DNA of 64,000 nt from an uncultured Acidobacteriota bacterium (GCA_963741955.1 CAVUKB010000007.1:320001-384000); one strand, 5' to 3'; positions 1-10,474 are shown, numbered from the stretch's first letter. Numbers and translations: made by a program. The notes: a model not told the origin generated them from the letters alone.

Positions 1-299
1 CGGATGAAGAGGTCGCGGTCGAAGTCGACCGTATCCCGGATCAGCGCGGCGATGCCGAGGGATGAGGAGGTCGCGGTGACACGGGTGACCAGCGTTTCCG
101 GCTCGTATTCGCAGTGTTTGTTCCAGAGCGGCGATTCGATCCAGGCGAAGCGTCCGTCCGACCAGATGCCGAACCGGGAGGGATCGCCGGCGGTCTGGTT
201 TTCCTCCCCGACGAACGGGTAGTAAACGTCCCGGATGTTGTAGTCGTGATCGAAATTGATCATCAGCGAGCCGTTGCTGATGGGCAGATCCCGAGCCAT
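1..299 (-). CDS. Glycoside hydrolase family 15 (glucoamylase-like) protein, N-terminal part; runs off the window edge
   Basis: Not in the ORF track; translated by hand from ATG at 299: MARDLPISNGSLMINFDHDYNIRDVYYPFVGEENQTAGDPSRFGIWSDGRFAW..., which resembles GH15 N-termini. Strong SD (AAGGAGG) upstream. Confidence 0.75.
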   Translation of the reverse strand, partial: MARDLPISNGSLMINFDHDYNIRDVYYPFVGEENQTAGDPSRFGIWSDGRFAWIESPLWNKHCEYEPETLVTRVTATSSSLGIAALIRDTVDFDRDLFI

Positions 300-512
300 C
301 GATCCGGTCTCCCTCCTTTCGCTTCCGAAGCAGTTTCAAGGATACGCCGTTCGGGAATCCGCCGGGAACCTGATCGCAAAAGTGCGGGGAGCCGTTATGA
401 TTCGATGCACGGGCGATAACTCCCGCCCCCTCTTTCTTTTGGCGCGGGGTTAGCAGGACCGGTCAGAACGGTTCCGGAACCGGCAAAGGCACGTGATTCG
501 AGAATATTGGCG

Positions 513-3500
513 ATGATTTTCAACCGGAGCGGCGAGTCCGAGGTCCCGCGAGAGAACGAGCCGGGACGCTCTGCGTCCGACGGGCCTCTCCCCGGCCGTC
601 GTCGGGGATGCCGGCGCGTTCTCCGAATCGTCGTCGGGGTGGCGCTCGTGGTCCTTCTTTTCCTGATCGGATTCTCGATCACCTTCGTCGGAACCGGGAA
701 GTTCGGCCAGTACGTGGCGACCAAGATCGCGGCGAACCTCGAAGCGCATCTCGGGCGGAAGGTCCACATCGGGAGAGTGATCATCCTCCGGACCTATCCG
801 ATCACGGTCATCCTCGAAGACATCACGCTCGCGAACGTTCCGGAAGGGGAAGCGAAGTACTTCGCGAAGATCGACCGGGCGGTGGTGAAAGCGGGGGTCA
901 CGTCTTTCTACAAGCGGGTCTTCTCCCTCAACTCGATCGAAGTCGACCATCCGCAGATCAACCTGGAGATCTTCGGTCCGGAGAGTCCGATCCCGCACAA
1001 CTTCCCTCACTGGAAGGCGAACAAGCCGACCGGTAACCTGCAGATCGTCCGGGTCGAGGTGGACCGGATCACGGTGAAAGATGCGGAGTTCGCGTTCCTC
1101 GATCACCGTCATCAGATCACGGCTCACATGACGCGTCTCGCGTCCGTGATCACTCCCTCCGTCAACGAGCAGATCTACCAGGGGACGGCGGTCAGTCCGG
1201 CCGTGACGGTTCAGATCCAGGACTACGAGCCTTTGCATCTCGATTTCCGCGGCGGGTTCCGCTACGACCCCGGGACTCTGAAGCTGACCGGCCTGCGGCT
1301 CGACGGTGAAGACATTCACGTCGAAGCGGACGGGAAGGTCGAGCCGATCACCGAAGGGATCTACGACTTCGCAATCCGGGCGAATTTCGATCTGAAGAAG
1401 GTGAAGAAGACGTTCCTGGTCGACACCACACTCGACGGTCCGATGGCCATGACCGGACAGCTTCACGGCGACACGGGCACCTTCGTCTTCAAAGGAGGAT
1501 TCCGCTCTCCGAAGATCATCGCCGATCAGTACACCATGTCCGACCTTGCGGCGAAGTTCCAGGTGGACAACACCCACGCCGTCGTCGACGTCACGAAGGC
1601 GAGCTTCGAGGGGGGAGCGGTCACCGCTCACTACGTCCTGAACGATTTCAGCGAGCCGTATCCGATGGTGGTGGACCTGGGCTTCCGCGGCGTGTCGCTC
1701 GAACAGATGATCGGGACGTGGGGAGTGAGTCACATCGGCCTGGCCGGCGCGGCCACCGGAACCCTCCACTACACCTGGAACAAGAACGACCTTCTTGGCG
1801 GGCACGGAACCGGAATCGCACGGCTGAGCCCCAGCGCGCTCGCATCGAGCAGGGCGAAGTACCCGATACCCGTCTCCGGCACGACGAAGTTCGGCATCGA
1901 CAATGGGGTGATCCGATTCGCATCGGCGGACCTCGACCTGCCGAAGTCGAAGATTCACTTTGCCGGAACGCTCGCCATCAGCGATCTGAGGACGAACTTC
2001 ACATACTCGGTCCGGACCGGTGACTTCTCGGAGATCGACCGGATCGCATACAACCTCGCGCACGCAACCGGCAATCCGGATTTCACTCTGCTCGGGCTGG
2101 GAGGATCAGGGACGGCATCGGGAACGCTGAAAGGGAAGATCGACGAGCCGGTGGTCGCAGCGCACATCGAGGGGGCAGGTCTACAGTACAACCACGTCCT
2201 GATCGGCGAGACCGCGACCATCGATCTGACCTACGACGGACCGAAGGAGACGCTCGGCTTCCGCCCGGCGGTGTTCCGCCTTCCGAGCGCGTCGATGACC
2301 CTTCGCGGAACCCTCCATTTCCTGAAGGGGAAGGCCGGACCCGTCTTCGACCTCCAGGTCACTGCCGACAACTGGCCGGTAGAACGTGCTCTCGACGCGG
2401 TGGATATGCAGCAGTTCGCGATCAGTGGACGGGCGACTGGCGAGCTGACGGTGAAAGGGACGCCGGAGGACGGGACGGTGACGTTCTCGCCGGTGGCCAT
2501 CGCGCAGGAAACGGGACAGATCAACGTCACCGGAACCATCCACTGGCTGCCGGGAGAGAAGAACGTCGTGTTCAATCTCGACGTCGCAGCGGAGTCGTTC
2601 CCAGTGCAGGACCTCCTCACGTTCCTCGACATGTCCACAACGCAGATGAGTGGGCTGGTGACCGGCACGATGCATCTCGAAGGACCGCTCACCACGATCG
2701 AAGGAGCGGGCTCGCTCACGTTGCGTAACGGGAGCGTGTACGGACAGCCGATCGAAACGGCGACCGCCGACATCCTCTTCCGCAAAGGAGAGGTCCACGT
2801 CACGCATCTCGAGGTGACGTCGCCTGCAGGGCATGTTCTCGGTGAGGCCACCTACAACTTCGAGACCGGCAAGTTCGGCTACGTGATCAAGGAAGGGACG
2901 CTGCAGCTCGGGAATATCGCTCTTCCCGAGGCGCTGCAGGATCTCTTCGGCGGGACGCTCCACATCGTCTCCAGTGGTGCGGGAACGATGCAGAATCCGG
3001 AACTGGTGCTCGAGGCGACACTCGAGAGCGGTCAGATCAAGGGGGTCGAGTTTCCGCCCGGTGCACCGGCTCCGACGCTCTACCTCACCATCCGCAACGG
3101 TGAGATGAGCATCCGCGGGTCGGCGTTCGACGTTCTCTCCATCGAGGGGAGCGGCTCGGTCGCGCAGTCGGGGGCGCTCGACGGATCGGTCACCGTCAGG
3201 CTGACCGACATCGGGAAGTTTCTCTCCATCGTTTCGCCGTCGAGCGATATCGGGACGACCGGAAGCATGGTGGTGCAGCTCGATCTGGGAGGGAAGCTCG
3301 GAGCGCTCGAGACGATCAGGATCGAAGGGACCGTGCCGGAGCTCGATCTGCAGATCTCCGGACACCCGGTGACACCGGCGAGCCCGATCCGTTTCGCCTT
3401 GAACAACGGAGCGCTGCAGTTCGAGTCATTCCAGTTGAGAACGGACGGATCGACGTTCGACATCGCCGGAAGCGTAGGGCTGACCGGCGAGCAGAAGATC

Positions 3501-6500
3501 GATCTGAACATCGACGGCGCGGTGGAAGCCGCGCTGCTCCAGCTGTTCCTTCACGATCTCAAATCGGAGGGGCAGATCGGAATTCGGGCCCGGGTGGGGG
3601 GCACCGTGAGCACTCCGCGCCTGGAGGGAACCGCCGAGGTGAAGAACGGGCAGTTCCGTTTCGCCGGCTTCCCGCAGCTGATCGACAACGTCAACGCGGC
3701 CCTGGTGTTCCAGGGAGATCGTCTTCGGATCGATTCGTTCCAGGCCGTGGTCGGAGGCGGAACGGTGAACGCGGGCGGCTTCATCACTCTGAATGGCCTC
3801 ACCCCGAGTCGGGTACGGATCAATGCGACGGGAAAGAACGTCTCCATCCGCTACTTCGAAGGGCTCACCATCGACGGCGATTTCACCGGAAAGCTCGAGG
3901 GGGGTGTGGACCGGATGATCCTCGACGGCAACGTCACCGTCAACCGCGCCGTCTACTCGAAGGATTTCGATTTCGCGACCTCGATTCTCAACCTGATCCT
4001 GGAGCGGCGGGAGCTGATTCCGGCGCTGGCCGCGAGCTGGCAGGATCGGATCTCTCTCGACGTCAAGGTGAGCGCGGACGATACGCTCGCGGTCAAGAAC
4101 AACATCGCCGACATCACGGCGAGTGCGGAGTTCGACGTGATCGGGACTCTCGCCAATCCGGTGCTGATGGGACAGCTCACGATCGACGAGGGAGGGAAGG
4201 TCGACTTCCAGGACGTCCAGTATCGCGTGGTGCGCGGCACCATCAACTTTCAGAATCCTTTCCGGAACGACCCCTACTTCGACCTCACCGCGGAGGGGCG
4301 ACTCCAGGATTACCAGCTGACCATCAACGTCACCGGGACGCTCGATCACATCACCCCGACCATCACCAGCGATCCTCCGATTTCAGACCTGACCCTCCTT
4401 TCCCTTCTCGGACCCGGTCCGCTGACGACGGGCGCTGCGGGTGGGCCGCGGATCGGCACCTCCACTCTCGAGACGACCGGTTCCTCGCTGGTTGCGGAGA
4501 GTCTCGGTTCTCTGATCGGCCAGCGCATCCTCCCCTTCGCCGATGCATTCCGCTTCGAGCCCGGGCTGGTCGGCGATTCCGAGCAGAGGGTGACGTTCGA
4601 AAAGCAGATCTCGGACAACCTTCGGGTCATTCTGGTGTACTACCCCAAGGACCCCAACCGGCGGAACGCGGAGATCGTGGAGTGGCAGGTCAATCCCGAA
4701 TGGGTGATTCAGGCCACCGGAGTCGGAGGCGAGGCGAAGCAGAGTTACCTCCTGGAGGCGATCGACGCACGTTTCCGACGGCGGTACGAGGGGCACTTCG
4801 GCGTGAGCGGTGGGAAACCGGAACGGCCGCCGGCGGGGACGGCGACGATTGCGACTCCGGCCGGACCGGCAGCGGTACCGCACGAGCCGTTGCCGACGAA
4901 TCAGCCTCTCGCACCGGAGATCGCGTTCACCACTCCGACCGTCGAATCGATCAGTTTCCGGACCGACAGTCCGTTCGACGTCACGCCGCTCGCCGACGTG
5001 ATCTCCCTCTCGACCGGCAAGCCCCTCGACGTCCGCGACCTTCAGAGCTCGATCCAGGCTCTCTACGCGACGGGCAACTTCCGCGACATTCAGGTGGCGG
5101 CCGAGCAGCACGACGGAGCGATCGACGTCACGATCCTTCTCTCGCTCCACTACCTGATCTCGGACGTCGGCTTCGAAGGGTTGACCGAGTTCGAAGATCG
5201 GGCGAAGAAAGAGATGGTGACACGCGCCGGGTCGGTGCTCAGCCTCAATGCGGTCGACCGCAGCGCGGTCGCGATCCAGACCATGCTCGCCCGGCGCGGC
5301 TGGCTCGAGTCGACGGTCGACCCGGAGGTGCAGTATCAGCGCGAACAGAACCTGGCGAAGGTGATCTATCACGTCGCCATGGGACCTCGGGCAAAGGTCA
5401 CCGGGGTCGAGTTCACCGGCTCGCTCGCTCCCTTCGGCCGCGATCAGCTGATCGACCGGATGAAGGAACGTCCCGGATCGTGGTACTCGGCGTCAGCCGC
5501 GCGCAACGATGCCGACCGGATCCGGAACTTCCTGGTGCGGAAGGATTACCGGCGGGCGGACGTCCGTTACGTCGACGAGACCTACGACAGCAGCTCCGGC
5601 AGCGTGACGCTCCACTATCGGGTCGACGTCGGCCTGAAGGTCCGCGTGGCGGTCACCGGCGTCCCGCGCTCGGCCGTGCACCGGATGATCCCGTTCGGCC
5701 GGAACGAAGCGTATTCGCAGGACGCCATCGCCACCGCCACCGATGCGATCATCCGGCGCTATCAGCAGAAGGGATACTTCTTCGCCGCAGTCGACGTGAC
5801 GGAGAAGGAGAGCGGCGGCGAATGGGTGATCACATTCGATGTCGTTCCCGGCGAGACGTACCGCGTCGGGAGCGTCCGCTTCGAAGGGAACGAGACCGTT
5901 TCCGACAAGCAGCTCCGGAAGCTCGTCGCGACGAAGGCCGGCGGAGGGTTCCGTAGTTTCTTCGGTTCTCTTTTCGGCCGCGGCGGCCTCACTCAGGCAC
6001 AGCTCAACGAGGACCGCGATGCGATCGCCGCCTGGTACCGGCTCCACGGCTTCACCGAAGTGAGCGTCGGCCAGCCGGTGGCGAATCGCAAACCGGGGAA
6101 CCTGCTGGAGATCGTTTTCCCGATCACCGAAGGGCCGCAGACCATCGTCCGGAAGATCGAGATCGTCGGCAACGAGGGGATTCCCACCAGGCAGCTGCCC
6201 GCCCTGAGAATGAAGGAAGGGGATCCGCTCAATCCGCAACTCGTCACCGCGGACCTGATCGGGCTCCGATCGTTCTACAGCGAGAGAGGATATCCGGAGG
6301 TTCAGGTCACTCCTCACGTCGAGCCGAATTCCGCGAAGACTTCCGCCACTCTGACGTACCAGATCGCCGAAGGACCGAAGGTCGAGATCGGAGACGTCGC
6401 CGTTCGCGGAAATACGTATACGAGGACGGACGTGGTGCTGAAGAAGGCCGGTCTGAAGAAAGGCGAGCCATTCAGCTACCGGACCCTTCTCGAGGCGCAG

Positions 6501-7739
6501 CGCGAGCTCTACCGGATGGCGATCTTCGAAAGGGTCGAAGTCCAGCCCGAACACGGCGGGACGACTCCCTCGGAGCGCAACGTGACCATCGACGTCACGG
6601 AAGGGAAGGATCTGACCGTCGCCGGCGCACTCGGCTACTCCTCCTCCGAGAACGCGCCCCGCGTCACGGCCACTCTCTCCGACCGGAATCTGTTCGGCAC
6701 CGGCCGGTACGCCGCAATCGAGGCGCGCGTCTCTCAGCCGGAGAAGCGATACCTCATGACCTACACCGAGCCGTTCCCGTTCAACTACAACGTGCCGGCG
6801 CAGCTCACGGTCTTCCGTACCGACGAGAACCGTACCGTCGGTGGAACCGAGAATCTCTTCCACGTGGGGCGCTGGGGAACCTTCGTGGAGCTCGCGAAAG
6901 TCTTCCGCGAACAGACGCGGTGGTCGCTCCGCTACGAGTACAAGCTGGTCGATTTCACCTGCCGGGACGAGACGAACGAGCTGTGCCAGCTGGCGAAGCT
7001 CGGCATTCCGACCGCCGGAATTCCAGCCGAGGATCAGGGAACGCGGGTGTCCAGTCTGACCCCGACGTTCTTCTTCGACCAGAGAGACGACCCGGTCAAC
7101 CCGCACCGCGGCTTCTACGCCAGTGCGTCGCTGGAGTACGCGTTCCGCTTCCTCAATGCGGACGCGAGCTTCCTCAAGAGCCTCACCCAGGGAGCGTGGT
7201 ATCTCCCTCTGACCGACCGGTCGCAATTCGTCGTGGCGGGACGGATCGGAATGATCGAGCCGCTCGGAACCGAGCGTCAGCTCGAGAACCCGAGCATCGG
7301 ACCGCGCGTTCCGATCTCCGAGAAGTTCACCGCCGGAGGCGAGTCGTCCCACCGCGCGTTCGAGAGGAACGGACTCGGAGTGCTCTACCAGCTCTGTCCG
7401 GAGCCCACGAGCTGCTCCGGTTCGATTCCCGCCGGCGCGAGCCTGATAGGCGTCGGGAAGAACGTCTATCCGATCGGTGGAAACGCGCTGGTGGTGTTCA
7501 ACACCGAGTATCAGTTCCCGATCTTCGGAAATCTGCAGGGAGCCACGTTCCTCGACATCGGGCAGGTGTGGGGAACCATCCAGTCGATGAACGCGCGGGA
7601 TCTCCGCTACGGGGCGGGAGCGGGCCTCCGGTACGTCACCCCGCTCGGGCCGCTCCGTCTCGACGTCGGCTTCAAGTTCGACCGGAAGCCGTACGAGGAT
7701 CCATACGCGGTGTTCCTGACGCTCGGGTATCCGTTCTAG
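513..7739 (+). CDS. TamB/AsmA-like (DUF490) protein fused to an Omp85-family (BamA/TamA-like) protein with 7 POTRA domains and a beta-barrel
   Basis: One uninterrupted ORF (start TTG 507 or ATG 513). N-terminal TM segment (RIVVGVALVVLLFLIGFSITFV); long Gly/beta-strand-rich AsmA/TamB region ending ...NPFRNDPYFDLTAE...IDARFRRRY; Pro/Ala linker; POTRA repeats (e.g. VRFEGNETVSD, IAVxGN-like ...VRGNTYTRTDVV); barrel with AGGESSHRAF and YVTPLGPLRLD; C-terminal Phe (LGYPF). Confidence 0.9.
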   Translation: MIFNRSGESEVPRENEPGRSASDGPLPGRRRGCRRVLRIVVGVALVVLLFLIGFSITFVGTGKFGQYVATKIAANLEAHLGRKVHIGRVIILRTYPITVILEDITLANVPEGEAKYFAKIDRAVVKAGVTSFYKRVFSLNSIEVDHPQINLEIFGPESPIPHNFPHWKANKPTGNLQIVRVEVDRITVKDAEFAFLDHRHQITAHMTRLASVITPSVNEQIYQGTAVSPAVTVQIQDYEPLHLDFRGGFRYDPGTLKLTGLRLDGEDIHVEADGKVEPITEGIYDFAIRANFDLKKVKKTFLVDTTLDGPMAMTGQLHGDTGTFVFKGGFRSPKIIADQYTMSDLAAKFQVDNTHAVVDVTKASFEGGAVTAHYVLNDFSEPYPMVVDLGFRGVSLEQMIGTWGVSHIGLAGAATGTLHYTWNKNDLLGGHGTGIARLSPSALASSRAKYPIPVSGTTKFGIDNGVIRFASADLDLPKSKIHFAGTLAISDLRTNFTYSVRTGDFSEIDRIAYNLAHATGNPDFTLLGLGGSGTASGTLKGKIDEPVVAAHIEGAGLQYNHVLIGETATIDLTYDGPKETLGFRPAVFRLPSASMTLRGTLHFLKGKAGPVFDLQVTADNWPVERALDAVDMQQFAISGRATGELTVKGTPEDGTVTFSPVAIAQETGQINVTGTIHWLPGEKNVVFNLDVAAESFPVQDLLTFLDMSTTQMSGLVTGTMHLEGPLTTIEGAGSLTLRNGSVYGQPIETATADILFRKGEVHVTHLEVTSPAGHVLGEATYNFETGKFGYVIKEGTLQLGNIALPEALQDLFGGTLHIVSSGAGTMQNPELVLEATLESGQIKGVEFPPGAPAPTLYLTIRNGEMSIRGSAFDVLSIEGSGSVAQSGALDGSVTVRLTDIGKFLSIVSPSSDIGTTGSMVVQLDLGGKLGALETIRIEGTVPELDLQISGHPVTPASPIRFALNNGALQFESFQLRTDGSTFDIAGSVGLTGEQKIDLNIDGAVEAALLQLFLHDLKSEGQIGIRARVGGTVSTPRLEGTAEVKNGQFRFAGFPQLIDNVNAALVFQGDRLRIDSFQAVVGGGTVNAGGFITLNGLTPSRVRINATGKNVSIRYFEGLTIDGDFTGKLEGGVDRMILDGNVTVNRAVYSKDFDFATSILNLILERRELIPALAASWQDRISLDVKVSADDTLAVKNNIADITASAEFDVIGTLANPVLMGQLTIDEGGKVDFQDVQYRVVRGTINFQNPFRNDPYFDLTAEGRLQDYQLTINVTGTLDHITPTITSDPPISDLTLLSLLGPGPLTTGAAGGPRIGTSTLETTGSSLVAESLGSLIGQRILPFADAFRFEPGLVGDSEQRVTFEKQISDNLRVILVYYPKDPNRRNAEIVEWQVNPEWVIQATGVGGEAKQSYLLEAIDARFRRRYEGHFGVSGGKPERPPAGTATIATPAGPAAVPHEPLPTNQPLAPEIAFTTPTVESISFRTDSPFDVTPLADVISLSTGKPLDVRDLQSSIQALYATGNFRDIQVAAEQHDGAIDVTILLSLHYLISDVGFEGLTEFEDRAKKEMVTRAGSVLSLNAVDRSAVAIQTMLARRGWLESTVDPEVQYQREQNLAKVIYHVAMGPRAKVTGVEFTGSLAPFGRDQLIDRMKERPGSWYSASAARNDADRIRNFLVRKDYRRADVRYVDETYDSSSGSVTLHYRVDVGLKVRVAVTGVPRSAVHRMIPFGRNEAYSQDAIATATDAIIRRYQQKGYFFAAVDVTEKESGGEWVITFDVVPGETYRVGSVRFEGNETVSDKQLRKLVATKAGGGFRSFFGSLFGRGGLTQAQLNEDRDAIAAWYRLHGFTEVSVGQPVANRKPGNLLEIVFPITEGPQTIVRKIEIVGNEGIPTRQLPALRMKEGDPLNPQLVTADLIGLRSFYSERGYPEVQVTPHVEPNSAKTSATLTYQIAEGPKVEIGDVAVRGNTYTRTDVVLKKAGLKKGEPFSYRTLLEAQRELYRMAIFERVEVQPEHGGTTPSERNVTIDVTEGKDLTVAGALGYSSSENAPRVTATLSDRNLFGTGRYAAIEARVSQPEKRYLMTYTEPFPFNYNVPAQLTVFRTDENRTVGGTENLFHVGRWGTFVELAKVFREQTRWSLRYEYKLVDFTCRDETNELCQLAKLGIPTAGIPAEDQGTRVSSLTPTFFFDQRDDPVNPHRGFYASASLEYAFRFLNADASFLKSLTQGAWYLPLTDRSQFVVAGRIGMIEPLGTERQLENPSIGPRVPISEKFTAGGESSHRAFERNGLGVLYQLCPEPTSCSGSIPAGASLIGVGKNVYPIGGNALVVFNTEYQFPIFGNLQGATFLDIGQVWGTIQSMNARDLRYGAGAGLRYVTPLGPLRLDVGFKFDRKPYEDPYAVFLTLGYPF

Positions 7740-8040
7740 AGAAGCCGAGGCTTGCAGAAGCCGAGGCTCGAGACTCGAGGCTGGAGGCTCGAGGGGAACC
7801 GCGGGGAGAGTCAACCGCTTCCGGAATGTTCATGCAAGAGAGGATTTCGGAGAATTAAATTCTGTCAATACGGCATTTCGATGAATAAAATGCGCCGAAA
7901 TCGATAATATACCGAATATTTCGGCGATGAGTGTGGCGAATATTTTGGGCGAGGAGTGCGTCGTCTCTGCGTCGGGGTCTCTGCTTCCCGAGCCTCGAAT
8001 CTCGAACCTCTAATCCCGGCCTCTGCGAGCCCCGGCTTCT
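7740..8040. repeat. ~55-bp imperfect inverted arms built partly of heptamer repeats, enclosing an AT-rich core
   Basis: 7740-7795 AGAAGCCGAGGCTTGCAGAAGCCGAGGCTCGAGACTCGAGG... versus reverse complement of 7987-8040 AGAAGCCGGGGCTCGCAGAGGCCGGGATTAGAGGTTCGAGATTCGAGG... Confidence 0.7.
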
Positions 8041-8236
8041 AATCCTCGTGCAGTGACGGCTCGAGCTGCTCGGCGCCGTGCAGTCGCCCGGTCAGCTGTG
8101 CCGGATCGTGGATCAGGATCGGAAGGTGTTGAGAGCAGATCGAGTGCGTCTCGCCGCGGAACTCGAACGTGATCAGAGGGACCGACGTGGAGTCGCGGTC
8201 GCAGGCGATACAGGTACGGCTGGTTCGAAGTGTCAT
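8039..8236 (-). CDS. Small hypothetical protein, putative Zn-binding (CxxC...CxxH)
   Basis: 65 aa with CIACDRDSTSVPLITFEFRGETHSICSQHLPILIH; SD-like GAGGA upstream. Confidence 0.65.
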   Translation of the reverse strand: MTLRTSRTCIACDRDSTSVPLITFEFRGETHSICSQHLPILIHDPAQLTGRLHGAEQLEPSLHED

Positions 8237-8418
8237 TCAGTGGGATCCTCGGCAACGAAGTAGCGGTCGTCCCGCGGGAGCATTGTGCGGGGTCGCTCGC
8301 CGCTGCGATGTGACGCGAGTCGCAGCTCCGGGTAGTCGGGCGCACAATCGCGGCCCGGTTCCGGCCTCGATCCTTCGCCCGACGGAACCGCTCTCGATTC
8401 CCGCAAGCTGGCGAGCTC

Positions 8419-9288
8419 TCATCCCCCCATCTTCATCAGTGCATTCATGTCGTCCTCGTCGAGCCGGATTCCTGCCGCTGCGGTGTTCTCCTCGAGATGT
8501 TTCACCTTCGAGGTTCCGGGAATCGGCAGCACCACCGGCGAGCGTGAGAGGAGCCACGCGAGTGCGATCTGCGAGGGTGCAGCGTCGTGTTTCTTCGCGA
8601 TCGAGTCGAGCTTTCCGTCCGTAGCCAGCTTTCCGGTCGCAAGAGGGAACCAGGGAATGAACCCGATGTTCTGCTGCTCACAGAACTCCAGAACTTCTTC
8701 CCACCGGCGATCGCCGAGGTTGTACTGGTTCTGCACCGTGGCGACGGGAAAGTATTCGGAGGCCTGGCGAATCTCGTCGACGCCCACCTCGGAGAGGCCG
8801 ATGTGACGGATTTTCCCCTCCGCCCTCAAGCGCACCAGCGTTTCGAACTGATCCTCGGCGGGAACCTTCGGATCGATCCGGTGGAGCTGATAGAGATCGA
8901 TTCTATCGAGGCGGAGCCGCTTGAGGCTCTCTTCGCAAGCGGATCGAAGATGCTCGGGACGGCCGTTCGGTTCCCATTTACCGGGACCGGGGCGCTCGAG
9001 CCCGGCCTTGGTAGCAATGACCAGGCCGTTCGGGTACGGATGGAGCGCTTCCGCGATCAGGCGTTCGCTCACCTCGGGGCCGTAAGAGTCGGCGGTGTCG
9101 ATGAAATCGATCCCGAGCTCGATCGCGCGCCGGAGGACGCGGATGCACTCGTCGTGGTCGGCCGGCGGTCCCCAGACCCCATCGCCCGTGATTCGCATCG
9201 CGCCGAACCCGAGGCGGTGGACCTGGATGTCGCCGCCGATTCGGAACGTGCCGCTGCCGGTCGCAATCGCTTCATTCGTTTCGGTCAT
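8419..9288 (-). CDS. Aldo/keto reductase
   Basis: Motifs [43 protein letters not shown]. Start taken at the second Met (MTETNE), after SD GAGGAG. Confidence 0.93.
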   Translation of the reverse strand: MTETNEAIATGSGTFRIGGDIQVHRLGFGAMRITGDGVWGPPADHDECIRVLRRAIELGIDFIDTADSYGPEVSERLIAEALHPYPNGLVIATKAGLERPGPGKWEPNGRPEHLRSACEESLKRLRLDRIDLYQLHRIDPKVPAEDQFETLVRLRAEGKIRHIGLSEVGVDEIRQASEYFPVATVQNQYNLGDRRWEEVLEFCEQQNIGFIPWFPLATGKLATDGKLDSIAKKHDAAPSQIALAWLLSRSPVVLPIPGTSKVKHLEENTAAAGIRLDEDDMNALMKMGG

Positions 9289-9397
9289 CTGAATCTCCTC
9301 GTCATCTGGAGTCGAACCATATCGTCGATTCAAATGCCGGTCCAGGTTGAGGGAGGCGGAATGACGGTCCGCTCTCGGCTATGATCACCTCACCGGC

Positions 9398-10474
9398 ATG
9401 AAACTCTCCGAGCTCGGATGGAGCGAATTTTTCGACGTGGCACTGGCACAGAGCCGGGGGAAAGGTCTGACCCCCGGGCGCGTCGTGTCGGAGCATCGCG
9501 GGGTGCTGAGGGTGGCGACGGAAAAGAGAGAGTGGAGAGCCCGACCGGCGGGACGGCTCCGCCGCGAGGCGGTGGGACGGGGCGATCTTCCCGCAGTCGG
9601 CGACTGGGTTCTTCTCGAGGCTCCCGCCAACGCGGACATCGCCCTGGTCCAGCAGGTGCTTCCACGACGGACGAAGTTTTCCAGGCGGGCCGCTGGCGAA
9701 CGGAATGAGGAACAGGTTCTCGCGGCGAACATCGATCTGGTCTGGATCGCCGCTTCGATCGCCGGCGAGGTCAACCTGCGAAGCATCGAGAGATATCTTT
9801 CGATCGCGTGGGAGAGCGGAGCGCAACCGGTGGTGGTGCTCACCAAAGCGGATCTCGCAGCTGATGCAGTGGCCGCAGTGAGCGCGGTCGAGTCGATCTC
9901 CCCCGGAATACCGGTGGTGGCGGTCAGCAGCGTGAGCGGCGAAGGAATCGCCGCGCTCGGTGATCTCCTGACGCCGGGAACCTCGATCGCGATCCTCGGT
10001 CCCTCCGGAGTGGGGAAGTCGAGCCTGATCAACCGCATCGCCGGCGAGGAACTGATGAAAGTCGGCGACGTGCGGGAGGACGATCAGAGAGGGCGGCACA
10101 CCACCACACACCGTCAGCTTCTGCGGATGCCGTCCGGCGCGCTGATCATCGATACACCCGGAATCCGTGAGATCCAGCTCTGGGAAACGGAGGAGGGAAT
10201 CGAAGAGACATTTTCCGAGATCGAGATCGCGGCGCGGCATTGCCGCTTCAGCGACTGCCGTCACGAGACCGAACCGGGATGTGGGGTCCGTGATGCGCTC
10301 GCTCGCGGAGAGCTCGACACGAAGCGGGTGGCGAGTTTCCGAAAGCTCCAGAGCGAGATCGAGTTTCAGGAGCAGAAGCACGATCCCCGAGTGCGGGCGG
10401 AGGCGAAACGTCGTATCCGGGAGATCATGCGAGCGTTCCGGAAGCCGGACAAGTTGCGGGACCGGCGGAAGTAG
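9398..10474 (+). CDS. rsgA: Ribosome small subunit-dependent GTPase A
   Basis: PAVGDWV, AANID, TKAD, GPSGVGKSS, GRHTTT, DTPGIRE and Zn finger CRFSDCRHETEPGC. Confidence 0.95.
   Translation: MKLSELGWSEFFDVALAQSRGKGLTPGRVVSEHRGVLRVATEKREWRARPAGRLRREAVGRGDLPAVGDWVLLEAPANADIALVQQVLPRRTKFSRRAAGERNEEQVLAANIDLVWIAASIAGEVNLRSIERYLSIAWESGAQPVVVLTKADLAADAVAAVSAVESISPGIPVVAVSSVSGEGIAALGDLLTPGTSIAILGPSGVGKSSLINRIAGEELMKVGDVREDDQRGRHTTTHRQLLRMPSGALIIDTPGIREIQLWETEEGIEETFSEIEIAARHCRFSDCRHETEPGCGVRDALARGELDTKRVASFRKLQSEIEFQEQKHDPRVRAEAKRRIREIMRAFRKPDKLRDRRK

Noticed and set aside
450-7814. Long antisense and alternate-frame ORFs over the TamB-Omp85 gene (also 20395-22698, 31879-33945, 44476-46693, 53556-56243)
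   Set aside because: Typical shadow ORFs of high-GC coding DNA, with no recognisable motifs, overlapping well-supported genes.
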